Assembly (NCBI GenBank): GCA_050293845.1
Contig: JBNKNM010000099.1
Coordinates: 5,161 to 19,240 of the forward strand
DNA from: Pseudobacteriovorax sp.
GTDB taxonomy: Bacteria; Bdellovibrionota_B; Oligoflexia; Oligoflexales; Oligoflexaceae
Direction: 5' to 3'
DNA: 14,080 nt
Shown here: positions 1-9,403 of the stretch, in pieces
How positions within the stretch are numbered: the first letter of the stretch is position 1
Layout: every line of letters starts with the position of its first letter
The notes under the pieces: generated by a model
What the model saw: only the letters and a program-made list of their open reading frames with translations
What the model was told of the DNA's origin: nothing
Databases searched by the model: none
Translations under genes and position numbers: made by a program

Positions 1-112
1 TGAAGACGATCCTCTGGTTGCAATGGATCAGGGTGAAGACGATCCTCTGGTTGCAATGGATCAGGGTGAAGACGATCCTCTGGTTGCAATGGATCAGGGT
101 GAAGACGATCCT
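1..112 (+). repeat. 33-bp in-frame tandem repeat (at least 3.4 perfect copies; encodes EDDPLVAMDQG)
   Basis: TGAAGACGATCCTCTGGTTGCAATGGATCAGGG at 1-33, 34-66 and 67-99, plus a partial copy at 100-112; no spacers. Confidence 0.97.
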
Positions 113-1717
113 TTTACCCAACTGACAGATGAACCTACTCTAGAACAGGCCAGTGATGACTTTACTCACAATAATAACTCTGACCTCACTATGGACAATG
201 AATTAACTCCTACCAAGCTAAGTAGCCTTGCTGAAGAGCTATCATCCCTTGATATTGACCCGAAGGATGAGCTAGGTGATCTGCTCCAAGAAAATAAGCC
301 AGCCCTGTCAGACCATGACGGTTCCGATCTAGTTGACCAGCTGGTAACCAAGATGGCAACTGCAGAGCCACAGGAGAAAGAGCAAAGCGATCTGGATTCA
401 TTGATGGAAGAACCGCAGACGGAGTCAACACCCCAACCCTCCGCCACCGCGGATAATTTTCTTGATTCCGAAGATAGTCAACATGATGAGCCAACCCCAC
501 CAGAAGATATGAGTGCCCTAAATCTCGAAGAGGGGCAAGGAGATAGAACATCGCTACTTTCTGATGACACTAATGATTTACTTGCTGAAGAAAATCCTTC
601 TGAGCAACTTCATACCGACTCTTCCCTGGACACCCTAAAGTCAGCCTTGGAGAGTCCTGATACGGGCCTACCAACTCCATCACCTCCTACTGAAAATGAC
701 TCAGAGTTTGACCTGGAGGATCTAGAAGATCTAGAAGATCTAGAAGATCTAGAAGATCCCTCCCCTACGGGTCCTGATGAAATCCCTGAGAGTAGTGAGA
801 ACCCCAACCAAGAGCCAAGCGATGAATCCTTTGCCATTGACCAAGAGTTATTGAGTGACCCCGCCTTAGCGGAAATGGAGCACAGTGACTCTGTGGTCAC
901 TTCAGGTTTGGAAAACGATCCTAGCCCTATGGTAAACCTTGATTCATTATCAGAAGGTTATGAGCCTAGCATTGATGACCTCTCTGCAGATATTACAGCT
1001 GACCAAGCTGTACTTGAAGATATTGATATCCCAGAAGATGTAATGCTTCCCAAAGAGCCTGAAGTGGCATTAGATGTGGCCACAGGAGCTACCGATAGCC
1101 CTATTCTCAAGACTCAGGTTAGTAAGTTAAATGAAGAAGACACGCCTATTCAAAGCCTACATGCCCAAGACTTAGAAAATGAAAATGTCATGGCAGACTT
1201 GGGACAAAATGATCTAACCATTACCTCAGAGCCACCAACAACCCTACCATCTCCAAGCTCTTTAAGGAATCAAACCACAACAAAAGAAGCATTGATCAGT
1301 CGGGCTTCAGCAGCAAAAATCAATAGTGGTCTCATCAAGCTCAGTTTATGCAGTTCCCAAGATAAGGCTATCCAGGTTGCCGCAGACCATCTCCGCTCCG
1401 GCTTTAGCAGTGCAGCACTCATGCTGGTAACACAGAATCAAACCCTCACCCGCATCTGGCACCAAGGTCAAAAATTGAACTGGGATGACTCTTTAGGAGC
1501 AGCTCTCCTGAATCAATTACAAGGCTCTCCCGATCAATGGCACACTTTCCATTGCAGCCACAAATCGTTAAGTTTTTTAAACCACACGCCTAGTATTAGT
1601 TTAGAATTTCCTGGAAAAGTTCAGATATTTTTTTGTGGGCAAGGTCATGAACCTCTTGGGGAACATATGAAAAGCTCGGTCCAAGAGCTTTTAAAAGCTC
1701 TTGGTCGCAAACTATAG
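1..1717 (+). CDS. Highly acidic, low-complexity protein with a small C-terminal folded domain; 5'-truncated by the window edge
   Basis: The frame is open from position 2 (GAA GAC GAT CCT...) through the ATG at 23 to TAG at 1715-1717. That ATG lies inside a tandem repeat, so the true start is probably upstream of the window. About 420 aa are D/E/S/P-rich; the last ~140 aa look globular. Confidence 0.8.
   Translation, partial: EDDPLVAMDQGEDDPLVAMDQGEDDPLVAMDQGEDDPFTQLTDEPTLEQASDDFTHNNNSDLTMDNELTPTKLSSLAEELSSLDIDPKDELGDLLQENKPALSDHDGSDLVDQLVTKMATAEPQEKEQSDLDSLMEEPQTESTPQPSATADNFLDSEDSQHDEPTPPEDMSALNLEEGQGDRTSLLSDDTNDLLAEENPSEQLHTDSSLDTLKSALESPDTGLPTPSPPTENDSEFDLEDLEDLEDLEDLEDPSPTGPDEIPESSENPNQEPSDESFAIDQELLSDPALAEMEHSDSVVTSGLENDPSPMVNLDSLSEGYEPSIDDLSADITADQAVLEDIDIPEDVMLPKEPEVALDVATGATDSPILKTQVSKLNEEDTPIQSLHAQDLENENVMADLGQNDLTITSEPPTTLPSPSSLRNQTTTKEALISRASAAKINSGLIKLSLCSSQDKAIQVAADHLRSGFSSAALMLVTQNQTLTRIWHQGQKLNWDDSLGAALLNQLQGSPDQWHTFHCSHKSLSFLNHTPSISLEFPGKVQIFFCGQGHEPLGEHMKSSVQELLKALGRKL
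710..757 (+). repeat. 9-bp in-frame tandem repeat (DLE x5)
   Basis: GATCTAGAA x4 at 719-754 followed by GAT, preceded by the synonymous variant GACCTGGAG at 710-718. Confidence 0.95.
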
Positions 1718-2059
1718 AAGGAAGCTGGTTAGCTTAAGGGAAAGTTTTGGGATCAGCAATACAGGCAAGAGATCAACAGGAACATCAACGACAGTTTAAA
1801 AATATTTTTTTCTCATTTAAACCAAAGTGGACAGCTAACCTTTGCTTCCTAGAGCATAATGTGACAGCTCTCTCTTTCCCATGCAGTCCCTATGCCAGAA
1901 GTTGGCAGTCAATCAAATTAGGATGTTAAATTTTAAGGAGCGATAAATTCCATAGGCAAAAAGCTCCCTTTTACCAAGAGATTCTCTGATTCAAGATCAG
2001 ATGAAAAGATTCTAGACACCTTTTTCCTTAGCGTTTCCATCTACTTTTCCTATTTACTT

Positions 2060-3160
2060 TTAAAGTAGCGACGAACTTACGACTAGGGACGACAAGTCAA
2101 AATAACACCTAGACAAAGCCGATTGACCGGCTGCAATGGGTTCACCGCTATCTGAAGCTTCACGAATGGCTCCAACAAGAGGGATGCGTGCAATCACTGG
2201 TAGGTTGCTACCTGCAGAAAACTCATCTATATGGTCACCAAAAACTCTGTCTTCATGACCGCAAGCTGAACACACGTGGAAGGCCATATTTTCTACAATC
2301 CCTAAAACCGGAACTCCCAGCTTTTGAAACATGGCTAGACCTTTGTGGGCATCTAACAATGCAACGTTTTGGGGAGTGCTGACTATAATAGCACTGTGGA
2401 TAGGCAAACGTTCAATCATAGTTAGCTGGACGTCGCCAGTTCCTGGGGGCATATCTACAATCAAATACTCCAGATCTGACCAAGCCGTTTGATAAAATAA
2501 CTGCTCTAAGGCTCGGGAAACCATAGGCCCCCGCCAAATGACAGGATTTTTTTCATCCGCCATAAATCCAAAAGACACACATTCGACGCCGAAACCCACT
2601 AATGGCTTAATTTTGTTTCCTCCCACAACTGCCATGGGACCTCGCAAACCGAGCATCAGGGGAGCAGAAGGCCCGTATATATCAGCATCAAGCAGACCCA
2701 CTTTTTTGCCTTGTCGTGCCAAAGAAACAGCCAAATTGACACTTACCGTTGACTTGCCAACCCCCCCCTTTCCTGAGGAGACCGCTATGATGTGCTGTAC
2801 GCCAGGAACGGCCTTCTTACGGAGAGGAAAGCCAAAGGGACCCCTGTCTTTTTTAACTGCGGTGAATGCAGCAGGACGGCGGCGCCCCTGAGGTCCCTGA
2901 TTTAATTTTCTCTTGAAATAAATGAGTACATTACCGAATGCTTCTGCACCATCAAGAAGGTAGCTTTCCAAAGCCACCTTATGGGAAGTCTGCAAATTTT
3001 CACCTGAAAGTGTTACCACAAACCCATCATCCTGACCTTCAATGGCAAGCAACCGCGCCAAAGGGTCATGATCTTCTTGTAGGCCCAATATCTCTTTGCT
3101 AGGCGCTTTTTCTAACTTTTCACTGATGAAGTCTTTGAGACTTTGGTAATTTTGCTTCAT
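2060..3160 (-). CDS. mrp: Mrp/ApbC/NBP35-family P-loop ATPase, Fe-S cluster carrier
   Basis: Motifs SSGKGGVGKST, LLDADIYGPS, VIWRGPM, VDMPPGTGD and ENMAFHVCSACG. Start placed at the ATG at 3160 (MKQNY), which has AAGG just upstream; the ORF track extends to 3217. Confidence 0.93.
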   Translation of the reverse strand: MKQNYQSLKDFISEKLEKAPSKEILGLQEDHDPLARLLAIEGQDDGFVVTLSGENLQTSHKVALESYLLDGAEAFGNVLIYFKRKLNQGPQGRRRPAAFTAVKKDRGPFGFPLRKKAVPGVQHIIAVSSGKGGVGKSTVSVNLAVSLARQGKKVGLLDADIYGPSAPLMLGLRGPMAVVGGNKIKPLVGFGVECVSFGFMADEKNPVIWRGPMVSRALEQLFYQTAWSDLEYLIVDMPPGTGDVQLTMIERLPIHSAIIVSTPQNVALLDAHKGLAMFQKLGVPVLGIVENMAFHVCSACGHEDRVFGDHIDEFSAGSNLPVIARIPLVGAIREASDSGEPIAAGQSALSRCYFDLSSLVVSSSLL

Positions 3161-3243
3161 TATAACCTTGTGATAAATATTATAACAGTCGGGCGAAACA
3201 GCGTCCTGCGACCTCATTACTAAAAATTGGAGTACATCTCAAG

Positions 3244-3486
3244 GTGAAGAATATTGTGATCTACACAACCCGCTACTGTGGATTCTGCAACATGACAAAA
3301 ATGCTATTGAAACGTCTCAACCTAAGTTATAAGGAGATTCCTGTCGATAACGACCCAGAATTACGTAATAAAGTTTCCGCCGCACATGGGAACTTCCCTA
3401 CCGTACCTATGATATTTATCGACGAGCAATTTGTAGGGGGGTACACAGATCTGGTCGATTTTTATAAGAATGGAAAGTTAAAATGA
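3244..3486 (+). CDS. grxC: Glutaredoxin (Grx3/GrxC-like), CGFC active site
   Basis: 80 aa; IYTTRYCGFC, TVPMIFI and VGGYTDL motifs; GTG start with GGAG upstream. Confidence 0.9.
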   Translation: MKNIVIYTTRYCGFCNMTKMLLKRLNLSYKEIPVDNDPELRNKVSAAHGNFPTVPMIFIDEQFVGGYTDLVDFYKNGKLK

Positions 3487-4850
3487 GGGCTTTTGTCGTC
3501 TGTCTGGGTTTGGGAATTACAAGCCTTTTTTTTATCTCGCTGTTTCATCAGGTACCACCCGAAACAGCGCCCCTTTCGGATACCATAACTTTGCCAACGC
3601 AAAAACACCCTGAGATCGAGCCGCAACAGGCTGAAATCAACCAGTCAGAGACTCTTCAAAAGGAGAATATCCAATCAGCTTTCGTAAAAAAACATTTTAA
3701 GAAAGCCCTTGCATTAGTTCATGCCGAGCTTGACTCCTATGGCATCAGTACATCCTATCGCAATTGGTTGACCCGACAAATTCCAATCATATACTCCTCT
3801 CAAGGATGGCAACTTCTACAGGACCAGAAATGCGACGAGGCTTTTATCATGTTTGATAAAGCGCTCCACCATGGTTCCGCCCCCTTTGCTTTCAAGGGTA
3901 TAGGAACCTGCGCCTACCAAAACCAGGATTACTGGCAAGCGGAACTCTATCTGCGAAAATTTTTTGAAGTCCATGGATTTGAGCTTGATGGTCTTCTTCT
4001 GCTGCTAGATGTCCTTGAGTCCCTGAATCAATTCGATCAAGCCGAACAGCTACTGGCGCGTTCCATCAAACAAAAAACTCTCAAGGTTGATGAACGCGAT
4101 ATCTTAACTCAAAAGCTAGCAAGTATGCGTGAAAAGCATCGTGAAAGCTATCACCAGACGAGTTTATCCGGCTCCTATATCACCATCTCCTACCGTGCCA
4201 TCGAACATGATGAGTTGGGCCCATGGGCCCTTCAGGAACTAGAGCAGTCCGTTGACGAATTTTTTCAAAATTTCTCTCTTCCCAGACCTACAGGTACCAT
4301 CGAAGCCGTACTTTATCCTGTAGAGGCGTTTAAAAAGTTGTCCCATACCCCGTTCTGGGTATCGGGTTTATTCGACGGACGCATTCGTATCCCTGTCCCC
4401 CTGCAACAAGAGAATATTGACTATAACAAAGTAAGCCGTATCCTGCGTCACGAGTTAACTCATGCTTTACTGACGGAAGCTTCCGGAGCTGGTATTCTTC
4501 CCACTTGGTTCCACGAGGGTCTTGCCTCTTTATTGGAATGTCACCCCTATTGCCAGAATAGACCATTCTCCCCTTCAGTAAATAGAGATCAATTTCTTCC
4601 CATGGAAAAGTTAGAATCCTCTTTCTTTGCCCTGTCCCAACTAGAAATTAATACTGCGTATGCGCAGAGCTATCATTTAATTCAAACGATCATTAAAATC
4701 GAAGGTACTAGTGGTATTCGTAGCCTTATCGAAAACATTCAACCCAATATTCCACAAAATTCGCAGACTCTACTAAAGCCTCTCGGCATGAGCGCAGATG
4801 ATGTATTTCACATGGCAGCAAAGAATTGGCTGAGCGAAAAAAAATTTTAA
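3483..4850 (+). CDS. Membrane-anchored or exported protein with a TPR-like region and a peptidase MA-like zinc metallopeptidase domain
   Basis: N-terminal hydrophobic segment, helical TPR-like middle region, and HELTH followed by PTWFHEGLA (gluzincin pattern). ATGA overlap with the grx stop codon. Confidence 0.8.
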   Translation: MRAFVVCLGLGITSLFFISLFHQVPPETAPLSDTITLPTQKHPEIEPQQAEINQSETLQKENIQSAFVKKHFKKALALVHAELDSYGISTSYRNWLTRQIPIIYSSQGWQLLQDQKCDEAFIMFDKALHHGSAPFAFKGIGTCAYQNQDYWQAELYLRKFFEVHGFELDGLLLLLDVLESLNQFDQAEQLLARSIKQKTLKVDERDILTQKLASMREKHRESYHQTSLSGSYITISYRAIEHDELGPWALQELEQSVDEFFQNFSLPRPTGTIEAVLYPVEAFKKLSHTPFWVSGLFDGRIRIPVPLQQENIDYNKVSRILRHELTHALLTEASGAGILPTWFHEGLASLLECHPYCQNRPFSPSVNRDQFLPMEKLESSFFALSQLEINTAYAQSYHLIQTIIKIEGTSGIRSLIENIQPNIPQNSQTLLKPLGMSADDVFHMAAKNWLSEKKF

Positions 4851-4976
4851 GCCCTAAACATTCTCGCCTTGTCCTGCAAATATTACCCTCCTATATACAA
4901 ACCGAGCCATTCGGCATAAAATAGTAGACATTGGCACCGACTCACCTTATCCATTCGTTCAAATCGGAGGCAGGCT

Positions 4977-6368
4977 ATGAAACGCTTTCCCCAATACTAT
5001 TGGTTGATTAGTATCGTCGTCCATCTATTGATGGCCCCCACCCTTAGTTATGGGAAGGAAGAAAGCAGTGATCCTGATCCCAGTGCAGTAAATGCCGTCA
5101 CCACAAGTGGTGACACTACAGCAACAAGCTCTGAATCTTCCAACGAACCTGAGACCCCTCCTCCGCGGAAGTTCTATGCAGCGGTTGGGTCTGGAAAAAC
5201 CCTGCCAGCAAAAGTACTGCGAGTCCGTCTTCCTTATCAAAACCTTTATGGTAAAGAAGGATTCGATGAGAATGGCAATAAAGAAAGCCTTGGTTTCGAA
5301 ATCAATATCGATGCCCTAGCTCTAGCAGCTGAATATGGACTCACCGATAAAATATCACTTGCAGTTGTTGCCCCCTTTGTGGTCAACAGTGAAGCTGGGC
5401 TTAACGCCAACACCATCCGCTTAAACAGCCGCAAATTTCATCGTGAGTTTGGTCGCTACAAGGATGCCGTAAAGTCTCTCATGCAGTCTCAAAACCTGTG
5501 CACTACCGATTCTGACTGTGAAGCGAAGATTTATTCCAGCAATTATGCGATACCTGCTAACCAAGAAGTTACAACAACTACTGGAGAAAAAGTTCTTGCC
5601 AGCTCCCATGAGCCTGTCGCTCGGCAGATCGACTCTCTTCTGTTTCGCTCCATCACACCCAAAGATGGTGAAACGGGACTAGGTGATGTAACCGTAGGAG
5701 GTCTCTACAATTTTTACTCTGCCAATAACCTGTCACTATCAACAGGACTGGGAATACGACTCCCCACAGGCAAGTTTAAAAATGTGCCGTCAGGTCAACG
5801 TGCCATAGGAGGGGGTGTTACGGACCTAGGCATCCGCTTCAACGTTGACTATCACTTCGCCAATTGGGGGGTCGTCGCCTTGCAACACCAGATTGAGCAG
5901 ATGATTATCAAAGGAGAATCTATTAAAGATTCTTCCATTTATAACGATCGCACCAATACCGGTGATCCTACCGATCCCCTCGCTATTGCTATTGGTGGTG
6001 ACGGCTTCGATAACAATCAAGAATTCGAAAGATGGGGCCTCGGTCATGATGGATTTCTGCGTTTCAACTTTGCTCTGACCCCTTTAGCCGACACCCTCCA
6101 GCCCATGGGCATAGGACTCAGTTACCGTTGGTATGAAGGGCGGGAGACTCGATATGATGGCCAAGCTTTTGACGGCAACGGCTGGCGCTATGATGAAATC
6201 ACCCGTCTGAGGTTTGCCGGATTCGCCATGAGCTGGGACGGACTCGGCATGAATCCTTTAGTGCCTTTATCATTTAAATATGAATATGAAACACCTATCA
6301 GTGGCAGCCTGGCTACCGTGGCACCTACCACCAATCGCATCCAATTCATCGGCTACTATAAGTTTTAA
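4977..6368 (+). CDS. Probable outer-membrane beta-barrel channel (phenol-degradation/MetA-pathway 'transporter'-like)
   Basis: Signal peptide; GGAGG RBS at 4966-4970; AAEYGLTDKISL, TGLGDVTVGGLY and GIRLPTG motifs; alternating amphipathic strands; C-terminal IQFIGYYKF with terminal Phe. Confidence 0.7.
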   Translation: MKRFPQYYWLISIVVHLLMAPTLSYGKEESSDPDPSAVNAVTTSGDTTATSSESSNEPETPPPRKFYAAVGSGKTLPAKVLRVRLPYQNLYGKEGFDENGNKESLGFEINIDALALAAEYGLTDKISLAVVAPFVVNSEAGLNANTIRLNSRKFHREFGRYKDAVKSLMQSQNLCTTDSDCEAKIYSSNYAIPANQEVTTTTGEKVLASSHEPVARQIDSLLFRSITPKDGETGLGDVTVGGLYNFYSANNLSLSTGLGIRLPTGKFKNVPSGQRAIGGGVTDLGIRFNVDYHFANWGVVALQHQIEQMIIKGESIKDSSIYNDRTNTGDPTDPLAIAIGGDGFDNNQEFERWGLGHDGFLRFNFALTPLADTLQPMGIGLSYRWYEGRETRYDGQAFDGNGWRYDEITRLRFAGFAMSWDGLGMNPLVPLSFKYEYETPISGSLATVAPTTNRIQFIGYYKF

Positions 6369-6377
6369 GGAGGGGCC

Positions 6378-8312
6378 ATGAAACAGACACAAAAATTCTC
6401 CCTTATGGGGCTAGCTATTTCCCTGCTATCCTGTGGTCGCATACCCGAAAACGTCGACCTCTATAATGATTCAGCAAGGGATAATTACTACGAAGACATC
6501 TCGAGTCAAGATTCCGTGAAGCATGTTTGGAATGATGTAGCTAATTTTTTTGGGTTTGCCGTAGCTGACAGCTCTTCGTCTGCCGATATTGCCACTGCAT
6601 TAGGAACAACGCCAACCCTTTATGACAAGAACATTAGTGCCAGTGAGCCATCGACCAATTACACATCCCTACTACAAGCTGTTGGTGCCAAGCTGGTCCC
6701 CAGTGCCATCACCTCCCAATGCGGCAATGTTGTCGGTATTGGTCCTGCGAACACAGGGTTCACCACTTCAGGGGCCCTTCCGACGGTGGAATACCGTTAC
6801 TTTAAATATCAGTTAAAAGATGCCAACGGTGCCACTGAGAGCGCCGTACGCACCGCCCTTCTCACGATTCCCACAGCGGGAAACAACTATCCATTGGTGC
6901 TCTATGGTCATGGATCTGTTATTGGCTTGGGATACCGCGAAGTAACGGGGATCTTTAGCACCTTGCAAACCAAGATAATCTCAGCCTCGCCTACCTTTCC
7001 TGGGGAAAAAATGTGTGGACCCACAGATGAATTGAGTACTGCGACTTGCGCTAGTAATACCACCGTAGCCGATGCGATTACGACTCAGGCTGGTTCCCAT
7101 ATTTGGGATCAAGATGCTAACGAGTTCTTAGGGCTTTATAGCTGCTTAGCCACAGCTCTAAAGCAGGGCAGCATCAACGAGTTGAACGCAACCCTTTCCG
7201 CTAATAGCGGCACTTTTAATACGGCGAGTGGGATTGCCGCAAAACTTAAGACCGTGGATAATGCTTTTGCCACAGACCAACCTTACGTATTGTTTGCGGG
7301 GGCCGATCGAGGAGCGTTAACCGCACAACTGGCTTTAGCAAGGGCTGGCTACTACCTATACGATACCTCCTTAGGGGATAGTTCCAATATCAAAGCTTAT
7401 AAAACGCAGATCAGCGATTCTTCGGCCCAAATTTACCCCTTTGTTAATGGCATCCTAAATCTGGGGGGGAACTACAGCATGACCATGGGGAGAAATCAGG
7501 TTACCCTACATTCCCTGATCACCGATAACACTCTTTTCGATAGCCTTCCTGGCTGGGCATTGCTAAGGGCTTCCCTGTTCCATACCTACCGAGACCCCGA
7601 TGACACAACAGCGATAGCCACCATAGCTGCAGAAATCGCCACCCGAGATATGGTATTTATGGAGCAATTTGTACCGGTAGCGCTCAGACACTGGGGACAT
7701 GCCAGCGATACCGCGGATGCAGCAAAAGGACTTTCCATCACCCTCCACGGAACTGAGGACTTGGTTGTCCCCTTCTCCCAAGCTCAAATCGGGGATGGTA
7801 CGAGAACTGCAATTCAAGCCGCAGTTGCAGCCAAAAATGCCAAAACGCAAACCCTTCCTGGATACAATCATGTTACCTATGCCTTTCAAGCTAAAACTAA
7901 CTGGAACGATTGTAATAGCGCCACGGATGAAGATATCCTCGCATCCTGTGCCGAAGATGCTGACGGCTGGGTATGGTCGGATGATAGTGATGACTATAAT
8001 CATGTTGCCGACGATAGTTTCCTTACAGGAGAACTCGTCGGTATTACAGACGCCCAATCGTCCATCATTAACAACACGCAAGACTCTTCGATAAATATCG
8101 ATAACTTTAATTCTGCGGCGACATGTATCGGGAACCAGGATAGCAATCTATCTGGAGTCGCTCGTTATTTTGCAGCACCCGCATTCAATCGCCTATCCAC
8201 TGAATCGGTGTATAATGGGGCCTATAGCAGTTCCCCAAGCGCAAATATCACCCCATCTGCTATCGCGGCAGCGTTTATACTCTATCACGTAGAGTGCGGA
8301 GGCACCGAATAG
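6378..8312 (+). CDS. Lipoprotein with probable alpha/beta-hydrolase fold
   Basis: Lipobox LLSC (Cys19); RBS AAGGAGG; YPLVLYGHG, an elbow-like FAGADRGA, ITLHGTEDLVVP and a candidate His in YNHVADD. Confidence 0.7.
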   Translation: MKQTQKFSLMGLAISLLSCGRIPENVDLYNDSARDNYYEDISSQDSVKHVWNDVANFFGFAVADSSSSADIATALGTTPTLYDKNISASEPSTNYTSLLQAVGAKLVPSAITSQCGNVVGIGPANTGFTTSGALPTVEYRYFKYQLKDANGATESAVRTALLTIPTAGNNYPLVLYGHGSVIGLGYREVTGIFSTLQTKIISASPTFPGEKMCGPTDELSTATCASNTTVADAITTQAGSHIWDQDANEFLGLYSCLATALKQGSINELNATLSANSGTFNTASGIAAKLKTVDNAFATDQPYVLFAGADRGALTAQLALARAGYYLYDTSLGDSSNIKAYKTQISDSSAQIYPFVNGILNLGGNYSMTMGRNQVTLHSLITDNTLFDSLPGWALLRASLFHTYRDPDDTTAIATIAAEIATRDMVFMEQFVPVALRHWGHASDTADAAKGLSITLHGTEDLVVPFSQAQIGDGTRTAIQAAVAAKNAKTQTLPGYNHVTYAFQAKTNWNDCNSATDEDILASCAEDADGWVWSDDSDDYNHVADDSFLTGELVGITDAQSSIINNTQDSSINIDNFNSAATCIGNQDSNLSGVARYFAAPAFNRLSTESVYNGAYSSSPSANITPSAIAAAFILYHVECGGTE

Positions 8313-8360
8313 GTCCCCGATAAAATGCCTCTTCCCCGTATGGATTTGGGAGTTCGTTTC

Positions 8361-9344
8361 TCAGATTTCTGCTGTGGGAGGTATGGAGTCCCAAAATGAC
8401 GTCATATCATGGGGCTCCGGGCATCTCACATAGCAAAGCTGTTGTGTTTCCGGGTGCACAAAGGTCACAGCAGCAGCATGAAGCAAGCACCGATCATAGC
8501 CTGTCTGGCTTTTCACCCAATGACTTTTGCCGTTAGCGAACCACTCTAAAAAAACAGCTTCGTTAGGATGGTAAGTGATATCACCGACAAGGTGGTGGCC
8601 AACATGGGCAGCATGGATGCGGATTTGATTCGTACGGCCCGTTTTTGGAAATACCCGCAAACGGGAAAAAGCGCCCTTACGTGCGATAGTCTCAAACGCA
8701 GTCTCGGCCGCTTGACCACCGGGAACGACCCATTTTTTAATCCGAATTTTACTATTTTCAAGGTCACCAATAGCCCCCATATGCTCCCATTGATCATCTT
8801 TAACGGTGCCATGAACTATCGCTGTATATTCCTTCCCCAGATTTTTTTTCGCCAGGGATGCTGATAGGCCCTGCCGCACTTCGTGGCTGGCTCCACATAG
8901 AACGATGCCGCTGGTTTCGCGATCCAGTCTGTGAACAGCAGCCCATTGCTCACCTATTTTGTCCCGAATAAGCGCTGCAAAGGTATTATTGCGATAAGGA
9001 CCGTTTTCATGCATGGGTAGATTGCCCGGCTTAAAAACCGCCATGACCTGCCCCTGCTTCCAAATAGGATAGATGCCGTTATCTACCGCTGGTTCATGAA
9101 GCTGTGGGTGATGAATCTTGATGACTTGACCTAAAACAAGTCTATTTGACGGCTTAACAGGCTTACCATCAACCAGTAAGCGACCTTCTTTCATCCGCTT
9201 TTGCCAAGTAGCTCTTGAATAAAAAGGAAAGTTCGTGGAAAGATAAGCATCGATACGCAGGCCAACAGCTTCTTCCTTTATGGGTGAGCCTAAGGGTCGA
9301 AACTCGTCGGATTTAGGGTCAAATTCTTTAATAATATCTGGCAT
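8361..9344 (-). CDS. RluA/RluD-family RNA pseudouridine synthase with an N-terminal S4 domain
   Basis: GLRIDAYLS...SRATWQK (S4), FKPGNLPMH, catalytic VHRLDRETSG, TGRTNQIRIH and LLHA. Confidence 0.93.
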   Translation of the reverse strand: MPDIIKEFDPKSDEFRPLGSPIKEEAVGLRIDAYLSTNFPFYSRATWQKRMKEGRLLVDGKPVKPSNRLVLGQVIKIHHPQLHEPAVDNGIYPIWKQGQVMAVFKPGNLPMHENGPYRNNTFAALIRDKIGEQWAAVHRLDRETSGIVLCGASHEVRQGLSASLAKKNLGKEYTAIVHGTVKDDQWEHMGAIGDLENSKIRIKKWVVPGGQAAETAFETIARKGAFSRLRVFPKTGRTNQIRIHAAHVGHHLVGDITYHPNEAVFLEWFANGKSHWVKSQTGYDRCLLHAAAVTFVHPETQQLCYVRCPEPHDMTSFWDSIPPTAEI

Positions 9345-9403
9345 TTAAATCCATTACCTCGAGTGAGCAGCGAGGTGCAACAAGTTAGCATACTAAAGGT
9401 GCC

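Noticed and set aside
1..112. 33-bp repeats as a CRISPR array
   Set aside because: The units are head-to-tail with no spacers, the length is a multiple of 3, and they lie inside an open reading frame.
166..900. Reverse-strand ORFs (166-447, 210-551, 610-900) and the other short ORFs nested in long genes across the window
   Set aside because: They are antisense or alternate-frame shadows of well-supported genes and carry no motifs.
1747..1929. 60-aa ORF in the gap before mrp
   Set aside because: TTG start, no convincing RBS and no recognisable features.
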